This document shows, one piece after another, positions 20,561 through 30,283 of a DNA stretch of 41,299 nt; the stretch's first letter is position 1, and each line of letters opens with the position of its first letter. Under the pieces are notes generated by a model. The model searched no databases. It had not been told where the DNA came from and saw only the letters and a list, made by a program, of their open reading frames with translations. Made by a program: the position numbers and the translations under genes. Origin of the DNA: Promethearchaeota archaeon (lineage in GTDB: Archaea; Asgardarchaeota; Lokiarchaeia; Sigyniarchaeales; SOKP01); the NCBI GenBank assembly GCA_030603385.1, contig JAUVXW010000038.1, positions 1 through 41,299 of the forward strand. Direction: 5' to 3'.

Positions 20561-23538
20561 TATTCATATAAATATTCTCTCACAATCTGTTCACTTTCTT
20601 TAGATTTTAAGATTTTTGAGCCAATTTCATCGATTTTCGTAACTTCTTCTTGTATTACAGCCATTAATTCATGTTCCCTAATTTTCTCATTATTCCTCAC
20701 AAAATCTTCAACTTTCTGACCACATTTCTTTGATAAATTTGATATATTAAGTTGGTCTTCGTCACCAGTAAATTTAGGGATATTAAAATATAGCGGTCTT
20801 TTATGATGATGTCGAGTATCGCTAATTTTTTTTACGCTTCTTTCTAAAATCGAGTTATTAAGCATTCCACACAGGTAATAAGCCTCAAGCTCATTTTCAG
20901 TTCCATAATAGTATAATGTTGAGTCTACATAAACACGACCTTTAAGATCATGAATAACTGCTGCCGTCAATTTCTTAGCATTAGGAAACACGACTTTATA
21001 AAGTTTCCTTTGGGATGGTCGAACTATTTTATTAGTACATAGTTTATTTCTGTAATTGATGCCTACTTCAAATAGATCATTTTTTGTATTATTAAAATAA
21101 GTCTCTTTTATGGAATTCCAATGTTTTCGGCTAAAAGGACCAATCTTAGAAAGTCTATACTGAAAATTTGAATCTAAAGGCAAAAAAATGGAATATGGTT
21201 TTATATAAAATGGATATAATTCTCTTGATAATGTCGCTTTAAAGATATTTTCACTTTCTACTTGAACTTTCTTAAAGTATTTTTTTTTCCAGACTCCTTT
21301 AGCTTGAGGGGATATCCATGGATCGATGATTGATATTTTTCCTTGTTGAATTCTATTTACTACTTCACAATAGAGTAGAGATTTAGGTATTAAATCAGCC
21401 CCTTGAATAAACTCTTTATAATAATCTGATAAGAAGAAAGGTAACAATTCTTGTTTTTTCTCAGAATGTATTAATTTTTTAACTCTATATTTTTCTTTTC
21501 TTTTCTTGTGGAAATATACGTATGGTTCTAATTTGAAATCTTCAATTAATTCAAGCGTCTCAGAATCTAAATATTTACAATTGATTGGATATTTATTGAA
21601 CACATCATCTTGGTTTATTTTGATATCATTATAATTAGCAAAAATACAACAACAATCTATATTAAAAATCAAGTCATTAAATTCGAAAAATTCTATATTA
21701 AAGAAAGCATCAAACCTTCTCGCTTTTTCATTTTGAGATGAAACAAGTAAAGAACGAGGCATTATAAAAGCTATTTTTCCATTTCCATCTTTCCTTAAGT
21801 ATAAATCAGGTATTTTATAAAGAAACACCACTGCTTCTTCGATATTTGTTATATTTTTAGCATCAGGTCTGATATCAAATTGTTCAGTGATTTTTTTCAT
21901 ATTTTCTTGTAATTTCTTATCAGCATCTTTGTATGTTAGCCAAGGGGGATTTGTGATTATTAAATCCATCTTTTTCTTTAATAAGAGTAAATGAATACCA
22001 ACTAAATTATTTAGAATATATAACCAGATATGATCTTTATCTTGCTCTTTTAATACATATAATTCTTCGAAAAATTTTAGTATATATTGATATTCTATTT
22101 CATTTGAATCAAGAAAAGAAGATATAACATTTGTATCAATAGCTCTAATAGCTGCATCCCATGTATCTTTAAAACTATCAAATGTTTCCCATACTCGATA
22201 AAGTGAATCTAGAACAATTTGAAAAGATTCAATATTATTCTGAGTTAATGCACTTCCAGGGATTCGTAGCTCTAGCTCTTCATCCAATAAATCTATACAG
22301 AATGAATAGTAACTTCCTAATTCTATATCCGCATACGAAGCAAATTCTATTGGATCAATAGAATTACATAAATATACGTTTATGAATATATCTTCAATAA
22401 ATCTTTCTCTTGATTTAAAATATAATAATAAGTTAGCTTTGGTAGTAAGAACAGCAATAGGATTAATATCAAACCCAAAAATATTATTAACAGCCTTAAA
22501 CCATTCTTTTGGAGGTCTTTCATTAATGGTAAAATCAAATTGTGAATCAATTTTTTTGCAGGTTTCAATTAAAAATGTTCCCGATCCACAAGATGAATCT
22601 AACACGCGATCACCTAAATCATATGCTTTATTAACCATTTTTCTGCAGAGAATTTCAGGTGTGTAATATTCTCCTAACCGATGACGCACTCCAGCTATAA
22701 TCATTTCTTGATAGATTGTTCTAAAAATATCCGTTGCTTCAAAATTCATTATTTTTAACTTTTCAAAATAATCATCACAAAAATCTTTAACATTTATAAC
22801 CCAGCGAAAAAAATCATAATGGAACAATGATATTCCCAATTTCTCAAAATAGCCTTCCAAATCCTTAAAGTAATCACGGGAATATTCCTCGGGATCCATA
22901 AACTCTTTGTATAATATTAATTTTAGTAGTGTACTAAGATATGAATGTCTAAGGAATAGTTCTTTTCCAACTTCTTCATCATGATATGCTAGTCTAAAAT
23001 GGTTTTTCCATTGTTCAAAACACACATTTCCCTTTCTATAACGATCATCAAAATGTTTCTCCAATCTAGAATAAGCTAAGATGTATAATGGTGAATTCAC
23101 TCCAAATAATACGGCAAATTGATCAGAATTTACACTTTTTGGTTCGAGAAGACATTCTATTAATGATATAATTGATTTTCTATCGATTTCGCGATCATTT
23201 CTTAATGCTAAGTCTTTATCATAATAATAAATATTCTTTTCAGATATTACAATTAATAAAGAGGGATTTTTACCTCTTTTTTTCAAATACTCTTGGATAT
23301 ATTGGCTACCTTTCGTTAAGGCCCATTGATTTATTTCTCGCTTTTTCAGCTTATATTTAAAGTCAATAATTATATCTCCAATTAAACAATCTGGTTTACC
23401 CTTTAACAATCTTTGCTGTGGCTGATATTGTAATTCTAATTTATCAAATAAACTATCAAACAAATGCTCAATTTGATACTCGTTTTGAGCACGTTTAATC
23501 AAGTTTATGTCGATTTCAATGTCTTTTAGGGTTGCCAT
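20560..23538 (-). CDS. Type IIG-like restriction-modification fusion (endonuclease + N6-adenine MTase + specificity region)
   Basis: N-terminal KPD...IDFK; GEYYTP, DSSCGSGTFL, GFDINP, TNPPW. Confidence 0.88.
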   Translation of the reverse strand: MATLKDIEIDINLIKRAQNEYQIEHLFDSLFDKLELQYQPQQRLLKGKPDCLIGDIIIDFKYKLKKREINQWALTKGSQYIQEYLKKRGKNPSLLIVISEKNIYYYDKDLALRNDREIDRKSIISLIECLLEPKSVNSDQFAVLFGVNSPLYILAYSRLEKHFDDRYRKGNVCFEQWKNHFRLAYHDEEVGKELFLRHSYLSTLLKLILYKEFMDPEEYSRDYFKDLEGYFEKLGISLFHYDFFRWVINVKDFCDDYFEKLKIMNFEATDIFRTIYQEMIIAGVRHRLGEYYTPEILCRKMVNKAYDLGDRVLDSSCGSGTFLIETCKKIDSQFDFTINERPPKEWFKAVNNIFGFDINPIAVLTTKANLLLYFKSRERFIEDIFINVYLCNSIDPIEFASYADIELGSYYSFCIDLLDEELELRIPGSALTQNNIESFQIVLDSLYRVWETFDSFKDTWDAAIRAIDTNVISSFLDSNEIEYQYILKFFEELYVLKEQDKDHIWLYILNNLVGIHLLLLKKKMDLIITNPPWLTYKDADKKLQENMKKITEQFDIRPDAKNITNIEEAVVFLYKIPDLYLRKDGNGKIAFIMPRSLLVSSQNEKARRFDAFFNIEFFEFNDLIFNIDCCCIFANYNDIKINQDDVFNKYPINCKYLDSETLELIEDFKLEPYVYFHKKRKEKYRVKKLIHSEKKQELLPFFLSDYYKEFIQGADLIPKSLLYCEVVNRIQQGKISIIDPWISPQAKGVWKKKYFKKVQVESENIFKATLSRELYPFYIKPYSIFLPLDSNFQYRLSKIGPFSRKHWNSIKETYFNNTKNDLFEVGINYRNKLCTNKIVRPSQRKLYKVVFPNAKKLTAAVIHDLKGRVYVDSTLYYYGTENELEAYYLCGMLNNSILERSVKKISDTRHHHKRPLYFNIPKFTGDEDQLNISNLSKKCGQKVEDFVRNNEKIREHELMAVIQEEVTKIDEIGSKILKSKESEQIVREYLYE

Positions 23539-23593
23539 AATATTATTATTATTTTTTGATTATTTAAATCGTATTCTGGTTTTTCACTCATCA

Positions 23594-24104
23594 ACTGGAT
23601 GGTGGAAATATATTTCTTGATTTATCAATATGCAGTAAATTTGTTAAAATGTTAATTGTAAATGCAATTTTTCAGCTTATAATTACAGTTACAAAAGATA
23701 ATGAGGCAGAAGAGTTAAAGTATCTTATTGTTATTGATGAGGCTCACGCTATTTTGGAAAATCCCATTACTACAAACAGCGATGATGCTGACTTTATCAT
23801 GAAAGAACAGATGGCTAAAATATTTTCTGAATTATTTAAAGAATATATTGAAAATATGATAATTGAAGCATCCACCAAGGGAATAAAGATTAAAGAATGG
23901 AGAGATCGAAATACGTTTGAGAAAGATGGGAAAAAATATATTCCTTTGTGCAGACTTAATAAAATTTATCATGAAACCCTAAAAGCCTACTTAGTTTGGT
24001 CTGATCAATGGATTCCTAAATCAATTTCGTATAAAGATAAGAAGTATTTATATTGTGAAGAATGGATGTATAAAAGGATTGAAAATGGTTTCAAAGAAAA
24101 ATGA
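23594..24104 (+). pseudogene. Chimera: internal HerA fragment (copy of 5572-5827) fused in frame to a T.KA...W.PKS domain
   Basis: MLIVNAI.QLI.TVTKD.EAEELKYLIVIDEAHAILE.PITTNSDDADFIMKEQMAKIFSEL.KEY nearly identical to ORF 4137, then unrelated sequence. Confidence 0.85.
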
Positions 24105-24437
24105 TCTATTGTGACTTTGCGAATTGATCAATCGATCATGAAATCATGATTTGCATAAATGTTAGTAAATTTAAAATAAATTAAAATTACTATATTTTTA
24201 CCAATATTTTAGGCCATCTTCTTCCCCAATTATCATTTATGATTTATAATCTCAATGCTTTTATACTTTTCTACATTTTTTCATTTAACAAAAGCGGTGT
24301 AGGTAAGGACTTACAAAAACTAGGTAGTAATGGAAAATTTGAAGAAAAAAATAATTATTTTATGGAAATCGTTCAAGATATAAAAAAACTAGTAAAAGAA
24401 CATCATCAAATATGAAAGATTTTCAAATTGATATTAT

Positions 24438-24521
24438 GGTGGGGTTCCCGAGTGGTTAAAGGGACTAGATTACCAATCTAGCGGCTAAGAGCCTTCGTGG
24501 GTTCGAATCCCACCCCCAATT
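24438..24521 (+). tRNA. Atypical type II tRNA (Leu-like body, anticodon ACC = Gly), possibly a pseudo-tRNA
   Basis: D arm CCC-GAGTGGTTAAA-GGG; anticodon arm CTAGA-TTACCAA-TCTAG; variable arm GGCT-AAG-AGCC; T arm GTGGG-TTCGAAT-CCCAC; acceptor GGTGGGG/CCCCAAT with a G2.A71 mismatch. Confidence 0.8.
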
Positions 24522-24682
24522 ATATTATAATACAATAGGATTATATAGAACTAATCATCACCACTCGTTTTATATAGAATCTCAATACAACTAATTAATT
24601 TAATTAAATTTTGCAAAGAAAAGCATAAATACGGTTTTCAATATATTTCTTTTAGACAGGAAATAAAAAAGAATGAAAAAGA

Positions 24683-25264
24683 ATGGAGAGAGAGTTATCC
24701 GAAAGAGAATTTAGGGAATTTATTGAAGTTGGATTATCAAATGCGGGATATTTCTCGTGTGTCATCCAATATAAAAGCAGAGATGCAATAGCCTGGTATA
24801 CGGCTCTAAGAATAGGAGAAATAATTTCAAACTATTATAAAGCAAAAATGAGCGAAGTAGTAAAGATACATTTAAACCTTCAAGTAATTAAAGTTATAGA
24901 TAAGATAAACGAGATGATGAAAAATGACGTATTACTTATAACTGTTGACAATAAAAATATTAAACCTTTAAGTCAATACCTAATCACGGAATTGCTTATT
25001 AAAAAGAAGAATCTAATCTTCATTTCAAAACGAGAAAATCCCCTAAGCAAACCATTTAAGGAAATCACTAATGTAGTTATAGATGTATACACTTTAAGCC
25101 AGAATAAAATAAACTGTATAATTAACATAAATGAAATCGGTGATAGAGGATTTAAACTAACACTTCCTAACAGATCACTGATTGAAAACTATCAATCTCT
25201 TCGTACAGCTTTAATAAAGGAATCCATAAGAAGACAAGTTCCAGAGCTTGAAGATCAAGAATAA
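24683..25264 (+). CDS. Hypothetical protein, possibly a degenerate viral-type P-loop ATPase
   Basis: 193-aa ORF; YTALRIGE and LIFIS segments but no intact Walker A or B. Confidence 0.55.
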   Translation: MERELSEREFREFIEVGLSNAGYFSCVIQYKSRDAIAWYTALRIGEIISNYYKAKMSEVVKIHLNLQVIKVIDKINEMMKNDVLLITVDNKNIKPLSQYLITELLIKKKNLIFISKRENPLSKPFKEITNVVIDVYTLSQNKINCIININEIGDRGFKLTLPNRSLIENYQSLRTALIKESIRRQVPELEDQE

Positions 25265-25341
25265 ATAATATTTTTTTAGTGTAAAGATTCTTAGACTTCC
25301 TCTGAAAATTAGAGTAAACCCATATGAATTTTAACTCGTTG

Positions 25342-26043
25342 TTAAATAAGTTCAAAAAATTCGCTTATGAGAGAGAACATTTTTGTGCGGGTGGCTTCTA
25401 AAAATGTTATTGCGTCACGTTCATCATCTTTTAACCTAAAAGATACGCTTTTCCTAATTTTATGAGATATACTGGGATTAATTTTAGCCCTTTGTATCAT
25501 TTCGTCAATCATCTTATCTTTTACGTCATCAGTTTCTCTAATTTTACCTAGGTCTTCTGCCCAAGACATTTTTCCTCTAAAAGACTCAATAAGATGAATG
25601 TTAAAATCTTTGCGTACTTGTTCAGAAAATCGTTCATGCTTTCCTTTTCCAACCATTCTACTTAAATCAAATAACCATTGGTACTTTTTATTTGTGAAAA
25701 CTTGATGGTTTAAAAGAAAATCATACATATGAGGATCTTTGTTCTTTAAATTCTTCATCTTTTGCCATTCTAATCTGTTTTCAAAAGAACTTCTCTTTTC
25801 ATATATGGGAAAATATACTGGAACATGTTCATCTTTGTACAAACATAGATATTTTTTATCCCAATATATCCGAAAGGAATGATCCAGAATATTTCGGTAT
25901 TTTTCAATTATTTCATGCGTAATGTTTTTTGCTTTTTCTGAAATGTTACCTGACTCAATGCATTTCTTATATTCTTTCATTAAATCACCTATCAGTTCTT
26001 CTGCTCGATTAAACATGGAAGTAATACTTTCAGGAATCTTCAT
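25342..26043 (-). CDS. Hypothetical protein
   Basis: 233-aa ORF; R..LD, YFPI and KH motifs, possibly HEPN-like. Confidence 0.7.
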   Translation of the reverse strand: MKIPESITSMFNRAEELIGDLMKEYKKCIESGNISEKAKNITHEIIEKYRNILDHSFRIYWDKKYLCLYKDEHVPVYFPIYEKRSSFENRLEWQKMKNLKNKDPHMYDFLLNHQVFTNKKYQWLFDLSRMVGKGKHERFSEQVRKDFNIHLIESFRGKMSWAEDLGKIRETDDVKDKMIDEMIQRAKINPSISHKIRKSVSFRLKDDERDAITFLEATRTKMFSLISEFFELI

Positions 26044-26124
26044 TAGAACATTATCGATTTTTTAATCTAAATCTCTGTCTCATATTTAATCTTCCCCTTA
26101 ATAGTAATATTATCTTGGCTAAAA

Positions 26125-26775
26125 TTAGAACTTATTTGAACTTACATATTTGACAATTCTATTAAGTTCAGCATTAGCCATTCGTTTATTTAAATCATGT
26201 ATATATCCAATAATTTTAGCATAGACACATACCACATGAATAAACTTTTCTTGTGAAAATAGGGAAAGGGTATACTGAGAATCTACTAATTCTTTACGAT
26301 ACTTACCCTTATCATATTTTTTATATTTCTTTTTGTTGATATAATCCATTAATTTATCTTTATTTTCTGTTTCTAACGTCCCGTGAGCACACTTTTGGTC
26401 TTTTTCTTCTAAAAAACCTAACTTTTCCTTCTTTAATTTCCTACCTATTTTATATATCTCCCCAATATCTCTTTTCCCCATTCGGTCAGCAAAATGTTTT
26501 TCACGTCCATGAACAACCTTAATTACATCAAAATGAGCAAATACTTTAATCTGGGGGTATTTTTCAGTACCAGAATACTTATAACCAAAGGATAAATGAA
26601 GATGGTATCGACCAGCTTTGGTTTTTCGCACAAATACTTCAGTAGGAATGATTTTGTCTTCCACCCTTATGGATTTATTATTCGAACCGATATGTTCATA
26701 TCCAAGTTCCTTAAAAAACTGATAGATACGACTCTCTTCAACCCCATAATTTTTTCGGAAATTAACTCGTACCAT
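26125..26775 (-). CDS. Hypothetical basic protein
   Basis: 216-aa ORF, His/Lys-rich. Confidence 0.7.
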   Translation of the reverse strand: MVRVNFRKNYGVEESRIYQFFKELGYEHIGSNNKSIRVEDKIIPTEVFVRKTKAGRYHLHLSFGYKYSGTEKYPQIKVFAHFDVIKVVHGREKHFADRMGKRDIGEIYKIGRKLKKEKLGFLEEKDQKCAHGTLETENKDKLMDYINKKKYKKYDKGKYRKELVDSQYTLSLFSQEKFIHVVCVYAKIIGYIHDLNKRMANAELNRIVKYVSSNKF

Positions 26776-26959
26776 CCAAATCCCTAATTTATTGTTTTAA
26801 AGAGGAATTATTATTCATTATAAGACTGCTTATAAATTTAAATTCATCTCAAGGGTAAAAAAAAAAGGAAGTAAAAAAAATAAATTGGATTAGTAATATT
26901 TATTTCCTTAGGCATCCCAAGTGTAATTAAGAATATTGGATAAATATTCGAAAAGAAAA

Positions 26960-28051
26960 ATGAGTAAAAAGGGCAATCGCTTCAATCTTGTAGTTCTTTC
27001 AATCAGTTTCATAATTATCTCATTAAATTTCTTTACGATACCTGTATATTCTTGGGAGATTGACAAGACGGGCACGGTATATAATATTGTTGACGGAGAC
27101 ACTGTTGATGTAACGTCAGTGGGAAGAATTCGCCTTGCTGACATCGATTGTCCAGAGTCGGGAGAGGCAGGGGGTGCTGCAGCGACCCAATATATTGGCT
27201 CTCTTATATATCAAAAAGAAGTCTATGTTGATGTGGATGATATAACTGGCACAGATCCCTATGGTCGTGTGGTAGCGGTGATTTATGTCTATTATGATGA
27301 TAATAATTTAAAAAATGTAAACAAGGCAATGTTGGTTGCAGGCCATGCGGAGATATGGGATTTTGATAATAATGAATTCAATCCGTATAGCTGGACCTTG
27401 TATGTTAGTTATCAATCTAATCCCCCTCCAGATCCTCCACCTCCGGATCCACCACCTCCGGATCCTCCACCTCCGGATCCTCCACCTCCAGACCCCCCAC
27501 CTCCAGATGATCCTTTACCACCTGATTATACAACCACTTATGTTGGGATTGCTGTTGGAGGTTCTCTTATCGCTGCTAGTGTTATTACTGGAACATATGC
27601 TTTCAAAAATAAGGAAAAAATAAAATCTAAGATTAGAAGCATGAAACGGTCTATGTCTAAAAATACACAGAATAGAGCAAAACCTAAACATGTAAATACT
27701 GTAAGTTCCCCAAAAACTGTGAGTCCTCAAGCTAACAAAACCCAAATAAAAGATATAACATCTAACATGAGAAATATATCTATACATGGTAAAGTAGAAA
27801 AAGTTGATGAGATTCGTGATTTTGTGAGAAAAGATGGTTCACATGGACGAGTGGGCTCTTTTATTCTTTCAGATGAGACAAAAAGTATCAGAGTTGTTCT
27901 ATGGGATAACAAATGTTCACTGCTTAATCAAAGTAATTTTGTTGTTGGGGGACAGGTCAAAATTATGAATGCCCATAGCAAGATCAATACCTTTTATGGA
28001 AAAAATGACATTGAGATTCATCTCGGTAAGTTTTCAAAATTAGAGATTTGA
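26960..28051 (+). CDS. Thermonuclease (SNase) - Pro linker - TM helix - RPA-type OB-fold fusion protein
   Basis: Signal peptide; VDGDT, IRLADIDCPE, DPYGR; (DPPPP)5; hydrophobic helix followed by basic residues; F.RKDG..GRV....LSDET.SIRVVLWD OB motif. Confidence 0.88.
   Translation: MSKKGNRFNLVVLSISFIIISLNFFTIPVYSWEIDKTGTVYNIVDGDTVDVTSVGRIRLADIDCPESGEAGGAAATQYIGSLIYQKEVYVDVDDITGTDPYGRVVAVIYVYYDDNNLKNVNKAMLVAGHAEIWDFDNNEFNPYSWTLYVSYQSNPPPDPPPPDPPPPDPPPPDPPPPDPPPPDDPLPPDYTTTYVGIAVGGSLIAASVITGTYAFKNKEKIKSKIRSMKRSMSKNTQNRAKPKHVNTVSSPKTVSPQANKTQIKDITSNMRNISIHGKVEKVDEIRDFVRKDGSHGRVGSFILSDETKSIRVVLWDNKCSLLNQSNFVVGGQVKIMNAHSKINTFYGKNDIEIHLGKFSKLEI
27431..27505 (+). repeat. Five 15-bp tandem units encoding DPPPP
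   Basis: GATCCTCCACCTCCG-like units. Confidence 0.9.
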
Positions 28052-28369
28052 GAATGTGCTTACAACAGATACAGGTGCTTTGAATTTAACAGGGAATTCT
28101 TAAGAATAATATTTTATTATTCAATATTTTACTATATAAAATAGATTAGAGTAATAAAAGTTTGAATGAAAAAATCAAGAAGAAGAGGAGTAACGTTAAT
28201 TACTCCTGGGCAATGATCTATGTTTTTTGATAACCTTAAAAAACAAAACGATGTAAGAAATAGTGATCAAATTAGTGTTTGAGTTTGAGTATTTAAATTG
28301 TCTGAGATTTTATTCAATTTTTTCTTTCATAATCTGAAAAAATATTTTGATAAATCTATACACAAAAGT

Positions 28370-29173
28370 TTAAAATAGGAAGTATTGTAGATAAAGGATA
28401 AAAGGATAAAGGAAGAAACATAAACTAATTAGAAACACGAGTACAGGTATGATCCAGGTTTTCGACCGGTTTTCTTGCACATTTCCTTTATTAATTGACG
28501 AGCCATTGATTTTAGCTGTCAAGTACTCTATTTCTTCCTTCCTTTCCTTTTCTTCTTCAACTATTTCTTTTATACCTAATGCTGTAATTGAAAAACCAAA
28601 AAGACCAATAAGAATACTAAATGAAATTCTAATTTTTTCTAATGAATCAATCGTAGCTGATTTAATATTTTCTACTATATCTTCCATAATTTCAGCTTCG
28701 AATAGAAATGTAAAAAGTTTTGTATTTTCACCATACTCATTTATTAAAAGTTCATAAGTATAATTAAAAGTAAAGTAATTTTCGTCATAAAGATCAATGA
28801 TATAGTATTCTGTCATAATATTCGGATTGTTTTTAAACTCAGAATGATCATTAATACCACTTCTATCTTCAATTTCTAGAGAAGTCATTATATTTTCCAT
28901 AATAAATCTATAAATTGTATTGTTTCCTTCCTCTATGCTCATTAATCCATCTTCTACCATAGTCCCAATGTACCAATCTAATGATTTTAAATTATAATGT
29001 AAACTAGAAGCTTCCCAATTCAAATCTTCACAAACATTTATTACATCTTGAAGTTCATTAATATGATGATTTTCTTTACCATATTCGTTAATGACATGAA
29101 TAGTTAACAATCCAGTTACTGGCATCAAAAGAAGAGAAATAAAAAAAATAAATAATCGATTAACGTTTATCAT
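28370..29173 (-). CDS. Hypothetical membrane protein (~3 TM)
   Basis: Hydrophobic segments; ATGA overlap with the upstream gene. Confidence 0.75.
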   Translation of the reverse strand: MINVNRLFIFFISLLLMPVTGLLTIHVINEYGKENHHINELQDVINVCEDLNWEASSLHYNLKSLDWYIGTMVEDGLMSIEEGNNTIYRFIMENIMTSLEIEDRSGINDHSEFKNNPNIMTEYYIIDLYDENYFTFNYTYELLINEYGENTKLFTFLFEAEIMEDIVENIKSATIDSLEKIRISFSILIGLFGFSITALGIKEIVEEEKERKEEIEYLTAKINGSSINKGNVQENRSKTWIIPVLVFLISLCFFLYPFILYLQYFLF

Positions 29174-30138
29174 ATAAGTCTATTCCTCTTCTTATAATTT
29201 AAATAAGCGATTCCAACTGAAATTATACACACTAATCCTGAGACGATAATTAAATTATAACTATTAATATTGGGTGATCCTAGAGGAGGAGGACTGCCTA
29301 GTCCTAGATAGTAGAATTGCTTATTGTTTTTATTGAAAAAAGTGACTCCATATAGATCAGAAGATTGATTATGATATTCAGCATATACAAAATATTTCTG
29401 TTTAGCCTTTCTTGAAAATATGAGAGTCGTTTTTGAAAGAGTAATATTTTGAGGTGCAAGAGAACCTTTTAGTTCTTCTAGATATGAATCTACAGGTCTA
29501 CCAAACAGAAATCTCTTTAACATCATCTTATAAATAAATTCAGAAGCAGTAAAATTCTCAACGGATAAAAAGGAGTAATTAATTAAAGCTTGTATTTCCT
29601 CATAGACTAGGGACATTTCATTAGGATTTTGAAGTATAGGGAATTTGATATTAGCATAATCAGGTTCATCACTAAAGGAATTGTTTGAAAATGCCCAAAT
29701 ATCTCTTGTAATAATCCAAGAATCCCATTCACCTCCGATTTCTTCACGAGCTTGTTTAATATTCTCTTTTTGAATTACATCAAAGGTTACATCATATAAA
29801 CATTCAACAAAGTCAAACACATCAATTGAAATATTCTGAAGAGCCTTATTATAATATTTACATTGATATAAAACTTTATCGGCATTAGGTCCAAATAACT
29901 CTGAAGGATTTGTATTGCTCCCAAAGACATCTGCCCAAATAGACTGATTATATTGATAAATCTGTGTATAATCATTTGAAGCTATTCGAGGTTGTTGCCA
30001 CCCCACAGGTGGTTCATATTCAGGTTCTTCATCTGATGGTGAGGACTTCGGCCATTCAAATAACAAAATAAAACCAATAATACCCCCAATAAAAACCCCA
30101 ATTATAATTACAATCCCAATCTGTTGCCATTTTCTCAT
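29170..30138 (-). CDS. Cell-surface protein with N-terminal anchor and Loki-CTERM-like C-terminal tail
   Basis: Ends PNINSYNLIIVSGLVCIISVGIAYLNYKKRNRLI. Confidence 0.75.
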   Translation of the reverse strand: MRKWQQIGIVIIIGVFIGGIIGFILLFEWPKSSPSDEEPEYEPPVGWQQPRIASNDYTQIYQYNQSIWADVFGSNTNPSELFGPNADKVLYQCKYYNKALQNISIDVFDFVECLYDVTFDVIQKENIKQAREEIGGEWDSWIITRDIWAFSNNSFSDEPDYANIKFPILQNPNEMSLVYEEIQALINYSFLSVENFTASEFIYKMMLKRFLFGRPVDSYLEELKGSLAPQNITLSKTTLIFSRKAKQKYFVYAEYHNQSSDLYGVTFFNKNNKQFYYLGLGSPPPLGSPNINSYNLIIVSGLVCIISVGIAYLNYKKRNRLI

Positions 30139-30283
30139 TAAATTATCGCCAAATATAAATTACTATAAATCAAAAAACACAATCATTTTTAACATTTTCG
30201 TATAATTTTAATGATTTAGGACCGTTGTGTTATATTAAAGAATTTAGTGCTCTTTTTAATCTTTTTAATGAATAAAGAATGAT

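Noticed and set aside
20318-20719. 133-aa plus-strand ORF
   Set aside because: Antisense to the HNH remnant and the RM gene end, which explain the region better.
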